Origin: Mobula hypostoma
Lineage: Eukaryota
Length of the DNA stretch: 64,000 nucleotides
Reading direction: 5' to 3'
Assembly: GCF_963921235.1 (NCBI RefSeq)
Contig: NC_086108.1
Coordinates: 95,606,001-95,670,000 of the forward strand
The notes beneath the pieces were generated by a model. It was not told where the DNA came from. It did not search any database and saw only the letters and a list, made by a program, of their open reading frames with translations. Shown in pieces: positions 12,390 through 22,936 of this stretch; the first letter of the stretch is position 1; each line of letters opens with the position of its first letter. The position numbers and the translations under genes are program-made.

Positions 12390-13220
12390 GTTTAGTAAAC
12401 TTGTGGATGGCATCAAAACTGGTGATCTAGTGAACAGTGAAAAAGGTTATCTAAGATTACAACAGGATGTAGGTGAACTGTGCAAGTGGGCCAGATGGAA
12501 TTTAACCTGGATGAGTGTGAGGTATTGCATGTTGGTCAGTTAAACCAGAGAAGTACCTGTACAGTAAATGGTAGAGCTGTGGGGAACGTTACAGAACAGT
12601 GAGAATGAGGGATACTGGTACATAATTCCCTGAAAGTGGTGACACATGGAGGCAGGGTTGTGAAGACAGCAATTGGCACACTTGTCTTCATTGGTCAGGA
12701 CAATGAGTCCAAGAGTTAAGAGGTCGTGTTGCAACTGTAAAAGATGTTGGTGAGACCACCCTTGGATTATGTGCAGTTCTGATCATGCAGTTATAGGAAA
12801 AGATTCACGAGGGTGACATTGGATCAGAAGGGTTTGAGTTATAAAATGCTGGGTCTCTTTTCCCTGGACTGCAGGAGGCTGAGGGAGGAGGTATGTCAAA
12901 TCATGAGGGATATGGACAAAGTGAATTGTCACAGACTTTTTCCAAAGATAGGGAAGACTAAAACTAAAGAATAAAGTTTTGTGAGGGGGAAAGACTTAAA
13001 AGGGACCTGAAGGGAAACCTTCTCACTCAGAGAATGGTAGGGATACGGAACAACTGCCAAATAAAACTGTAGAAATGGGTACAGTTACAATACTTAGAAG
13101 GCATTCAGGCATGGATTTATAAGGTTTTGGCATTTCTGGACCAGTGCAGGCAGTTTGGACAGACATCTTGGGTGGCAAGACATGAATGTGTTGGTGCGAA
13201 GGGCCCACGGTGAATGACTC
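12390..13220 (+). mobile_element. Continuation of the old CR1 LINE (RT C-terminus and 3' UTR)
   Basis: SKLVDGIKTG, MEFNLDECEVLH, LVRPPLDY and NLLTQRMVG remnants. Confidence 0.75.
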
Positions 13221-13939
13221 TATCAATTTTATAACCAATATGAAGCACACAAACTTGCATAAATGTATTCTTATTTTATGGATACAGCATGGAACAGGCC
13301 CTTCCGGTCCAACAAGCCGTACAGCCCAGAAACTCACCTATTGACCCCTAGACTAAACACAGGACAATTTACAATGACCAAGTAACCTACTATCTGGTTG
13401 CTTTTGGAATGTGGAAGCAAATTGGAGCACCAGCACACGTTCCAGCACTTCATGGCCAGCAACTTCTGATCAGCCATAGAACTGAAGGGACAACTTTTTC
13501 CCACAGTGGTGATGGGTTTATAGAAAAAAATAACTACCAGAGGAAGTAGTAGAGGTAGGTATAATTGCAACAATTAGGGTTAGGGTTGTTTGAGGAGGTT
13601 CATGGATAGGAAACTTTAAAAGAAACACAGACCAACACAGAGATATTCTGACTAGGTTGCATGCACACCTTAACTGGATATTTCCATGTTTTACGATTCT
13701 ATGATACTCCCCCTCCATCTCCTCTTTCTCCCTTCTCTAGACCAAATCTCTCTGTTCCCTTCCTGGGCTCACTCTCATCTTTCTCTCTCTCTCCTCCCCC
13801 CCCCAAAAAAAACCCATACTGTTTCCCCCTCCTCTTCTCTCACCTCTCCTTCCCCAAACCCACTTTCAGATTTCTTCATCCTCGTCGTCTTTCCCTCCCC
13901 GTTCCCAAACCCACACTCAGTCACTCCACCTCCTCAAGC

Positions 13940-14260
13940 TGGACGTGGGAACCCCCTCAGTGAGTAACGAGCCACGGGGCGACGTGCCCGCGCACTGATC
14001 ACGGGAGCGGGACCGAACGCAAACGCGCACTCGCCTTTTCCGTGCCTCCTCGCCGCTCCGCGTGGCGCGCCCCGGTGAGGCGGACCGCGCGGTGGTCGCG
14101 CCCTTCGACCGTCTCCGGCCCGCACTCCGCCGTCCCCCTTCCTCCATGCCGGCTTCACCGACCTTTGACCTACGGCAGCCGCCGGGCCCGAAAGTCGCGC
14201 AGCCAGTGGAGGACGGTGGAGAGGGTTCGCTCCATCCGAAGGCGGACTCTATGAGTTCTA
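13940..14260. promoter_or_regulatory. CpG island over the RPAP2 promoter and first exon
   Basis: GC- and CpG-dense block in a CpG-depleted background, covering the RPAP2 start codon. Confidence 0.85.
14035..14147 (-). CDS. RPAP2: RPAP2 first coding exon (113 coding nt)
   Basis: Strong Kozak context gccggcATGG. Encodes MEEGGRRSAGRRRSKGATTARSASPGRATRSGEEARK+AG, and EEARKR matches human EDASKR. The phase-2 end at AAG|gcgagt (GC donor) fits the phase-2 start of the exon at 6454. Confidence 0.85.
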
Positions 14261-15456
14261 GACAATAGGTGCAGAAGTAGACCATTCGGCCCTTGAGTTG
14301 ATTGTTATTTAGCATGCTGTATGTCATCTGATTAGTGATGTTTAAATTTACAGTGATATGTAATTGATTGAAATCATTCATAACAAATTGGATTATTTCG
14401 AAAAAGAGCCTGGAGTTTGGTCGATGTTTATTCCTCACTCTTGTCCAGGAAGCCTTCATGGAAAGAGAGAGTCGGAGTTCACGTAACATATGGTGCTGCT
14501 CCTTGCACACACACGCAAAATGCTTGACCCTGGTTGTCAATTTCCACTCTTTTACATTCACCTTCTCTGTATCTGACTTTCCTTCTTTTTCTTGGCAGCC
14601 GAGTAGAGCCTCGCCGATAGGCTAGCAGAGGACACTGACGCTGGCTTACTTATTCTTAAACTGAATATCCAATTAATGAATTGGACGAGATAAGATCTCC
14701 TACAATTATCTTCTCCGAAGGATGCCACTAGTATGCCAGTCAGAGAAGGTACCATGAAACAATAAGGGATCAAATCGCCAATTCCAGGCATTAGGGTAGG
14801 TAAAAATAGGCTGACGTGTTATTTGATCATGGATTGGATATGACAATTTGAATACAATTTTGTTTATTGTTCCAGAACAGAATTCACTCACTGAAGAAAG
14901 GTATGCACGATTGTGCCAAAAGACGTTTAACAAATAATCTGTGTTCATATTAGTAATGCTTAGGTTGCAGAAAAGAGTAAAACATACGTTTGCATTGTAA
15001 AATGCTACAAAGTATCATAAAAACCTATGTCCACATTAGCAATAATCTTCTTAGAAATAAAGGGATTATATGAGGTCAAATTGCAAATAGCATTTATTAT
15101 TAATTAGTATTTTTTGTCTATCTATTTAATAAATGAGGTACCTAAATTTAACATTCTAGAGAATCACATAATGTTAGGAACAAAGCTTAATTCTTATTAC
15201 TTAGTAATGATCTCTAGCAGCTGTTAGGTATTTTCAAAGGTCCGAGATATTAAGTAGCTTTCTAGCTTACAGCCAGTTTACTAATATAGTACATGATCAT
15301 GTATTGAAGATTGTTTAATGTAATTTCCAATACACAAGTGTAAAGGAGAACAAAATAATTATTACTTTGGCTCCGATACAGCACAAACAAAACACAGTAA
15401 GTTAATCATCATCATTATGTGCCGTGCCGTGTTGTATGACCTAAGCATTATCATGG

Positions 15457-17361
15457 AAAAGGATAGAATCAGAGAGGACAGGAAAATTTTTAATTGGGGA
15501 AGGGCAAATTATGAGGCTATGAGGCTAGAACTTGCGGGTGTGAATTGAGATGATGTTTTTTCAGGGAAATGTACTATGGACATGTGATCGATGTTTAGGA
15601 ATCTCTTGCAGGATGTTAGGGATAAATTTGTCCCGGTGAGGATGATAATGAATGGTAGGGTGAAGGAACCATGGGTGCCAAGTGAGGTGGAAAATCTAGT
15701 CAGGTGGAAGAAGGCAGCATACATGAGGTTTAGGAAGCAAGGATCAGATGGGTCTATTGAGGAATATAGGGTAGCAAGAAAGGAGCTTAAGAAGGGGCTG
15801 AGAAGAGCAAGAAGGGGGCATGAGAAGGCCTTGGCGAGTAAGGTAAAGGAAAACCTCAAGGCATTCTTCAATTATGTGAAGAACAAAAGGATGACAGGAG
15901 TGAAGGTAGGACCGATTAGAGATAAAGGTGGGAAGATGTGCCTGGAGGCTGTGGAAGTGAGCGAGGTCCTCAATGAATACTTCTCTTTGGTATTCACCAA
16001 TGAGAGGGAACTTGATGATGATGAGGACAATATGAGTGAGGTTGATGTTCTGGAGCATGTTAATATTAAGGGAGAGGACGTGTTGGAGTTGTTAAAATAC
16101 ATTAGGACAGATAAGTTCCCGGGCCTGTCGGAATATTCCCCAGGTTACTCCACGAGGCGAGGGAAGAGATTGTTAAGCCTCTGGCTAGGAATGGTACTGG
16201 AGGACTGGAGGGAGGTGAATGTTGTCCCCTTGTTCAAAAAAGGTAGTAGGGATAGTCCGGGTAATTATAGACCAGTAAGCCTTACGTCTGTGGTGGGAAA
16301 GCTGTTGGAAAAGATTCTTAAAGATAGAATCTCTGGGCATTTAGAGAATCATGGTCTGATCAGGGACAGTCAGCATGGCTTTGTGAAGGGCAGATCATGT
16401 CTAACAAGCCTGATAGAGTTCTTTGAGGAGGTGACCAGGCATATAGATGAGAGTAGTGCAGTGGATGTGATCTACATGGATTTTAGTAAGGCATTTGACA
16501 AGGTTCCACATGGTAGGCTTATTTAGAAAGTCAGAAGGTATGGGATCCAGGGAAGTTTGGCCAGGTGGATTCAGAATTGGCTTGCCTGCAGAAGGCAGAG
16601 GGTTTTGTGGAGGGAGTACATTCAGATTGGAGGGTTGTGACTAGTGGTGTCCCACAAGGATCGGTTCTGGGACCTCTACTTTTCGTGATTTTTATTAACG
16701 ACCTGGATGTCGGGGTAGAAGGGTGGGTTGACAAGTTTGCAGACAACACAAAGGTTGGTGGTGTTGTAGATAGTGTAGAACTTATCAATCACTCCTGCGA
16801 TGTAATGATGCAGCTCTATAAAACTCTGGTTAGGCCACACTTGGAGTACTGTGTCCAGTTCTGGTCACCTCACTATAGGAAGGATTTGGAAGCATTGGAA
16901 AGGGTACAGAGGAGATTTACCAGGATGCTGCCTGGTTTAGAGAGTATGCATTCTGATCAGAAATTAAGGGAGCTAGGGCTTTACTCTTTGGATAGAAGGA
17001 GGATGAGAGGAGACATGATAGAGGTGTACAAGATAATAAGAGGAATAGATAGAGTGGATAGCCAGCGCCTCTTCCCCAGGGCACCACTGCTCAATACAAG
17101 AGGACATGGCTTTAAGGTAAGGGGTGGGAAGTTCAAGGGGGATATTAGAGGAAGGTTTTTAACTCAGAGAGTGGTTGGTGCATGGAGTGCACTGCTTGAG
17201 TCAGTGGTGGAGGCAGATACGCTAGTGAAATTTAAGAGACTACTAGACAGGTATATGGAGGAATTTAAGGTGGGGGGTGGTTATATGGGAGGCAGGGTTT
17301 AAGGGTTGGTGCAACATTGTGGGCCGAAGGGCCTGTACTGTGCTGTACTGTTCTATGTTCA
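15457..17361 (+). mobile_element. Young 5'-truncated CR1 LINE (ORF2 RT) with internal deletions, inserted in a SINE-like repeat
   Basis: ORFs 15591-16526 (PGNYRPVSLTSVVGKLLE...SQHGFVKGRSCLT...YMDFSKAFDKVPH) and 16565-17302 (SGVPQGSVLGPLLF...KFADNTK). Flanked by atcatgg at 15450-15456 and 17362-17368 (possible TSD). Confidence 0.93.
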
Positions 17362-19214
17362 ATCATGGTTTTTATGACCATGATTGATCTTGGCAAAATT
17401 TTCTACAGAAGTGTTTTGCCATTGCTATCTTCCGGGCAGTGTCTTTACAAGACGGGTGACCCCAGCCATTATCAATACTCTTCAGAGATTGCCTGTTGTC
17501 AGTGGTCTCATAACCTGGGCTTGTGATATGCATATGACCATCCACCACCTGCTCTCATGTCTTCTCATGACCCTGATCAGGGGCTAAGCAGGTGGTACAC
17601 CTTGCCCAATGGTGACCTGCAGGCCAGTGGAGGGAAGGAGCACCTTACACTTCCTTTGATAGAGACATATAACTTAAAGAACACAATAATAAAAAGCACA
17701 ATAGATATGAATAGATTATATACATATGATTTTATGTCCATAAAGTGACACTAGGCACAGTATATAAGATGACTGACAAAAGATGATAAAGTAGTGGTGG
17801 CTGGGGGTGTAGAGGGGTGGGTTAGTGGTTGGAGATGTTGAACAGCCTCACTGCTTGGGGAAAGTAGCTGTTCTATGACTGATCTATTAGGTTATCACAA
17901 ATTTACCGGGAGTTTACGTATTCTGACATTTTATTTAATTAGTTCATTATCCATTGATTTAACTTCTCTGTTAGTAAGAAAACTTTTTTCTGTGGGTGGA
18001 GTCAATAAGAAAGAGATGAATGTTTTCAGAATGTAGTCTATGACATGTGCTAGAGTTTGTAGAACAACTATTTCTGTGCTTCTAATGTGCTATGGTGTAT
18101 TGTTTTCAATTTTGATGTTAAGAACAAAAATACAGGACGATAAATGTTGAAGGGCTCGCATTAAACATTATGTAGGACTTCAGAAATTATTTTTTATTTG
18201 CGTTGGATATATTCTGTGAGCAGATTATCTGATTCGTATCACATTGTCATCTGTGGGAGCTTGCAGTGTTCAAACTTGTTGACTAGATTCCCACATTACA
18301 ATAATGATGACTCTATAAAAGTCCTTCATTGGTTCTAAAGCATTTGGAATGACACAAGATGATGAAAGATCCTATATAAATCAATATTTTTCTGAAGTTC
18401 AAGCATCAACTGTGGGTTGGTAGCACTTCCCCTTTTGAGTCCAAGAGTATTATGTTCAAGTTCCTGTCCCACATTAGGTTGAAGGGAACCTGGAGGTGTG
18501 GGACTTAAGGGACCCTGGAGGTGTAGGACTTTAGGCTTCCAAACCTCCTGCCCAATGGTAGTTACGAAAGGATGGGACGGCCCCAATGGTGGGGGTCTTT
18601 GATGGATGTTGCCTTCTGGAGGCAGCACTTCTTGTAGATACTACTGATGATGGGAGGAATGTGCCCATGGGCAGAGTCCGCTATTCGCAGTGTCTTCTCG
18701 TGTTGCTGCACATTCAAATCTGACACCTGTGGAAAGAGAACGTAGTTAATGTTTTATCTCAGTGACTGTCCCCCGATTTTGGGGCCAGTGATCTTTCCTT
18801 AGAACTAAAACATTAACTGGCCTGTTTCCGAATACTGCTTGGCTGGTTGTTTTCTTTTACAAAAATAAACCTTATTACTTGAAAAAGGGGAAAAAAAGTT
18901 CAAAACTTGTTACATTTTAAATGTCATTTGGTTAATCTATTCAGCAGTGTTATCACCTTTATTTACTTTTAATTAAAGTTTATAGAAACACAGTTTATAC
19001 CGCTTTGTAAATGCAGGACCCTCTGAGCTCTTCCAGCATTTCAGACCTTGTTGTTCAGGTACGGCAATGGAAAAGACAGTTTATGCTACTTTCCAGCATT
19101 TTATGTGAGTGTGTTGTTCAATATTTCCAGCATCTGTAAATATCTTTTGTTTACAACCTTGTAATTTACATTTGGTAAACGAGGGAAATGTACAGATGCT
19201 GGAAATCCAAGCGA

Positions 19215-19660
19215 CGCATACAAAATGCTATCAGCCGCTGCCTGGCCGGCTGAGTTCCTCCGGCATTTTGACTTGACGCTTGGTGATATTTTGGGGCGGG
19301 GAAATAGACCGGGGTGTGTGGGGGTCCCACGTGACTGAAGGCCCCGCCCCTCCCCCAGGCCCCGCCCCCGGCATTGCGTGAGTGTGCGCGTGCGCGGGCG
19401 GCTGGGATCGCGCATGTGTGCCGGCGAGCGAGCGGGCTGGAGGCGCCGCTCCGTTGGGAAGGTAGGGGAGTCTGCGTTCCCGGTGACATTGCGGGGAGAC
19501 CGGGCAGTGTGAGAGGTGGGCGAGGCCATCGGCGGTTCGCGTGTGGCTGCCCCTTCACTTGGATCGGGGCGGTGAAAGTGCAGCCATTTCTTAGTGACTG
19601 CGCACGAGTTGCTTCGGTCCCGTGTCAGCTGTGGCTTAAAATCGTATCGATTTACGCTGA
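19215..19660 (+). promoter_or_regulatory. CpG island, probable GLMN promoter
   Basis: GC boxes (ggggcgggg 19293-19301, ccccgcccc 19342-19350 and 19360-19368), E-box CACGTGAC 19328-19335, NRF1-like TGCGCGTGCGCG 19385-19396. High CpG density. Confidence 0.8.
19370..19461 (+). other. GLMN: Probable non-coding exon 1 of GLMN (5' boundary approximate)
   Basis: Lies just downstream of the GC boxes and ends at the donor GAAG|gtaggg (19461/19462). Human GLMN also has a non-coding first exon. Confidence 0.55.
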
Positions 19661-19904
19661 AATATAAAATAAATCTCTATTGATAGCAGTACTTATGTGG
19701 CATTTGCAGATCGTGCTTCCTGACTAACTAATGGTCCCATTCTCTACGCTACTAAATGCTCAATAAGGGATAAATACTTTCTGTACAACTTGTCATATTT
19801 AGTGAAAGAAACAGCTGCAGATGTTGGAGATTAGTAATAAACCCAGAATATGCTGGAAACACCCCGCAAGTCGGGCAGCATCATTGGAAAGAGAAATAGT
19901 TTCA

Positions 19905-20040
19905 TGGCAACACGTACAATGCTGGAGAAACTCAGTAGGCCAGGCGGCATCTATGGAAAAGAGTAAACAGTCGACGATTCGGGCCGAGACCCTTCATCAG
20001 GATTTGGATTTGCAGTATCTCCAGATATTCCCGTGTTTGG
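19905..20040 (-). mobile_element. Penelope-derived short repeat with a mutated hammerhead core
   Basis: Minus strand reads CTGATGA-AGGGTCTCGGCCC-GAATCGTC-GACT (19969-20000). Same family as 3735-3870 and 54098-54296. Confidence 0.75.
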
Positions 20041-20119
20041 GAGTTAAAGTTTCATGAACAGATCTTTTCTCTGAAAGGGATTTCATGAAAGATGATTTAA
20101 ATTTTGTATGCTCTTCTCT

Positions 20120-20720
20120 CTATGCACTGATGACTGCATGGCTAGATTCTGCATTACTTCTGTCTACAAGGTTGCAGATGATACCACTGTAGAGGGTCAT
20201 ATCTCAACTTTGAGTTGGAGTATAGGATGGTGATGTAATCATGACAACCTCAATGTCAACAAAAGAGTTGGTTATTAACTTCAGGAGGGAGAGCAGTGCA
20301 CATGTTGCTGTTTACATCAATGGTCCTGTGGTTGAGAGAGCCAGAACTTCAAATTCTTAGTTATGAGCACATTGGCACCACAGCCAAGAAAGCTTGCCAG
20401 TGTCTCTACCTCCTCAGGAGGCTAAAGAAATTTGTCATGACCTCTTTGGCCCTCACCAATTTTTAATGATGCACAGAAATCATCCTGTTCTGATGTGTGC
20501 ATAGCATTATGTACACAGCTTAGTATATCACAGAAACCAGTTACCTCCATGGACTCTGTCTGCACTTCTCATTGCCTAGGTAAAGCAGTTAGCCTAATTA
20601 AGGTCCCCATTCACTCTGGACATTCTTCCTTCTAGCCCATTTGCGCCCTCCCTCAATGACAGTAAAATACAAAAATGTGAAAGTGTGTAGCTGCAGACTC
20701 AGGGACAATTTCTATTGCTA
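20120..20720 (+). mobile_element. Degenerate Rex1-type LINE fragment
   Basis: YKVADDTT, NFKFL and LYLLRRLKKF remnants. Confidence 0.7.
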
Positions 20721-20725
20721 CTCCG

Positions 20726-21740
20726 TTGTGGAGTCTCTTCGAGGTATGTCTACCCTGAAGAAGTTTAAATCTTCTCTTTGACGGGAGCTCAGTGAGACCC
20801 TATCTCACTGCTCCCCCTTTGTGATCTCCGCCTCTCTCTTGACTCTTAGACCACTTCCTGACCTAGACCCGCTACCACAGCCACATCTCCTTCCTGGGAA
20901 CGTGTCTCCGCCACCATCTTGTACCGCAGGGATTCCGGCTCCGGTTCCAGGCCTCCCAGTTGGGGCCCAGTGAGGATCCCAAGTATCTCTATTTTATTGG
21001 CCGCTGCTCCCGCCGGATTCTCCACGCCACACTCAGTGCCATGCGGAGATTCCTATGGGCCCTGTCCCTTTCTCTGCCACCACTCGGGGCCTCGCTCTCT
21101 ACCGTCTGCCATGGACCTCTCCAACACTTCATTCTCCGCCGGATTCACGGCTCCAACTGTCATTTCTTCTCCTTTCTCGCGTCCGAGAAGGACCACAAGC
21201 TTGCCCGCCTGGAGCCCACGACGACGACCGGCTCCAGCCCTAATCCCGACCCCTTGGACCTCGACTTCTCAGACCTTCGGCAGTCCGAAGACCTATCCAC
21301 CTCTGACTCTGACCCCGACTGGAACCACGGCCTCCCGGACATGGGCACCAGCCCCTGGCGGGCCATAGACTCACTCGCTTCCGACTCGGACCTCAGTTCT
21401 GGGGCCCTGCAGGCCGCAGGCTCTGCCACCCCCAGCTCCAGATCCAGCTCGGACCGAGGTCCTGACCCTCTCCAGACCGGGACCGCTGTTACTGCCGCTG
21501 GGTCCTACCGCCCATCTTATTCCTCCACTACTCTCTTTCCTCTCCACTACTCCCAGCCTTCCCTCTACTCCTCATCCCCCCTCCATTCCTCGGATCCCTC
21601 ATCCTCCCCTAACTCCGCTCTCCCTGAACATCCCAACCCCCCTCTCCCTCCTGAGACCTCCCACTCTTTACCCTCCTCTGACCCCAGCCCCAACCCTTGC
21701 TGTGTCTTCACCATCCCTTCTGACCTTGCCCTCTCTGAAG
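20726..21740 (+). mobile_element. Probable Penelope-like element, N-terminal part of the ORF (3'-truncated)
   Basis: RYHSHISFLGTCLRHHLVPQGFRLRF...RILHATLSAMRR...VFTIPSDLALSE resembles the pre-RT region of elasmobranch Penelope ORFs as I recall them. CpG-rich, so probably young. Confidence 0.6.
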
Positions 21741-21751
21741 TTAATAACTCA

Positions 21752-22076
21752 TCAGGGGTGATTGATAAATTCATGGCCTAAAGTAGAAGAAGATGAGTTA
21801 TTAACTTCAAACTTTCTGCATTATCACTGAAAGAGTTGCCCTGCACGTGCATGTAATGAGAGGTGTATAAACTCATCTCTTTCTACCTTAGGCCATGAGC
21901 TTATCAATCACCCCTGCTGTGGACCACTTTCTGAGGTTCTGAGATCCATATGCTCCACGACCACTGGACTAAGTGTGTAAATGTAGGAGGAGACTATGTT
22001 GAAAAATAAATGTGCTAGGTTTTCTAAAATTGACTCCTTCTACTTTATGCCACGAACTTATCAGTCACCCCTCGTA
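21752..22076 (+). mobile_element. Mariner-derived non-autonomous element
   Basis: TIR-like aggggtgattgataa... and ...ttatcagtcacccctcgta. Carries the mariner transposase C-terminus WTKCVNVGGDYVEK* (~21965-22009). Confidence 0.75.
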
Positions 22077-22434
22077 TAAGGTTGCAACTCATTATCTTAC
22101 ATTTCACGGCATAGACACGAACTTGTTCAACCTCTTTCTATAACTCAGGCCCCCCAATCCTGGCAACATTCTCGTAAATCTTTTATGCACTCGTCTCAGA
22201 TTAACTGTGTTTTCTATAATAGGGTGACCAAAGCTCAGCATGGCACCATTTAGTATGCTGTCAGCAATAACGCTTATGACTTGGCAGATTGTTGACAGGG
22301 ATTGAAATCAGTGTAGCTGTCTTTTATATTTCAGGGCAAAAAATTGTCTTTTAACCGATAATTGAAACCAGGAGACAGGCAGCAGGCAAATCTTGGAGCA
22401 AGATGCTTTCTGTTCAAAAATGGATTTTTTTTAA

Positions 22435-22795
22435 TGTTGGAAGAGGCAGAGTTCATCATTGTGGATCCCCACCACCCACGGCATGGCCTCATGTCACTCT
22501 TACCATCAGGAAGGAGATACAGAAGCCTGAAGGCACACACTCAGTGATTCAGGAACAGCTTCTTTTCCTCTGCCATCCAATCCTGAATGAACATTGAAAG
22601 CACGAACACTGCCTCACTACCTTTTTTATTTCTGTTTTTGCACTACTTAACTTTAACTATTTGATATACATGTATACTCTAATTAAGGTTTTTTCTATAT
22701 TATGTATTGCATTGTAAAGTTGCAATATACAATTGCTGCAAAGTTAGCAATTGTCATGACATATGCCTATGATATTAAACCTGATTCTGATTCAT
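22435..22795 (+). mobile_element. Rex1-type LINE 3' end
   Basis: DPHHPRHGLMSLLPSGRRYRSLKAHT...FRNSFF, ending in an attaaacctgattctgattc tail. Confidence 0.8.
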
Positions 22796-22936
22796 TTGTC
22801 AGAATAAATGGTAAATATCTTTCAGACGAGACTGTCATGTTCAATAGATATTGATACACACCCAGCAGTTCCAATTTTTTTTTTTGTGTGAATCTAACAT
22901 TTTCAGAACTAATTGCTCATTTATATATGTGTTTGG

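Noticed and set aside
13917..14561. 214-aa minus-strand ORF as a complete gene
   Set aside because: Only 14035-14147 matches RPAP2. The rest is promoter, UTR and intron sequence that happens to stay open.
15591..17302. Long RT ORFs here (and at 45911-47625) as active or domesticated genes
   Set aside because: They are fragmented by stops, frameshifts and deletions and lack ORF1. These are ordinary dead CR1 copies.
19101..19667. Overlapping Arg/Ala/Gly-rich ORFs
   Set aside because: Typical stop-poor frames of a CpG island, with no recognisable protein similarity.
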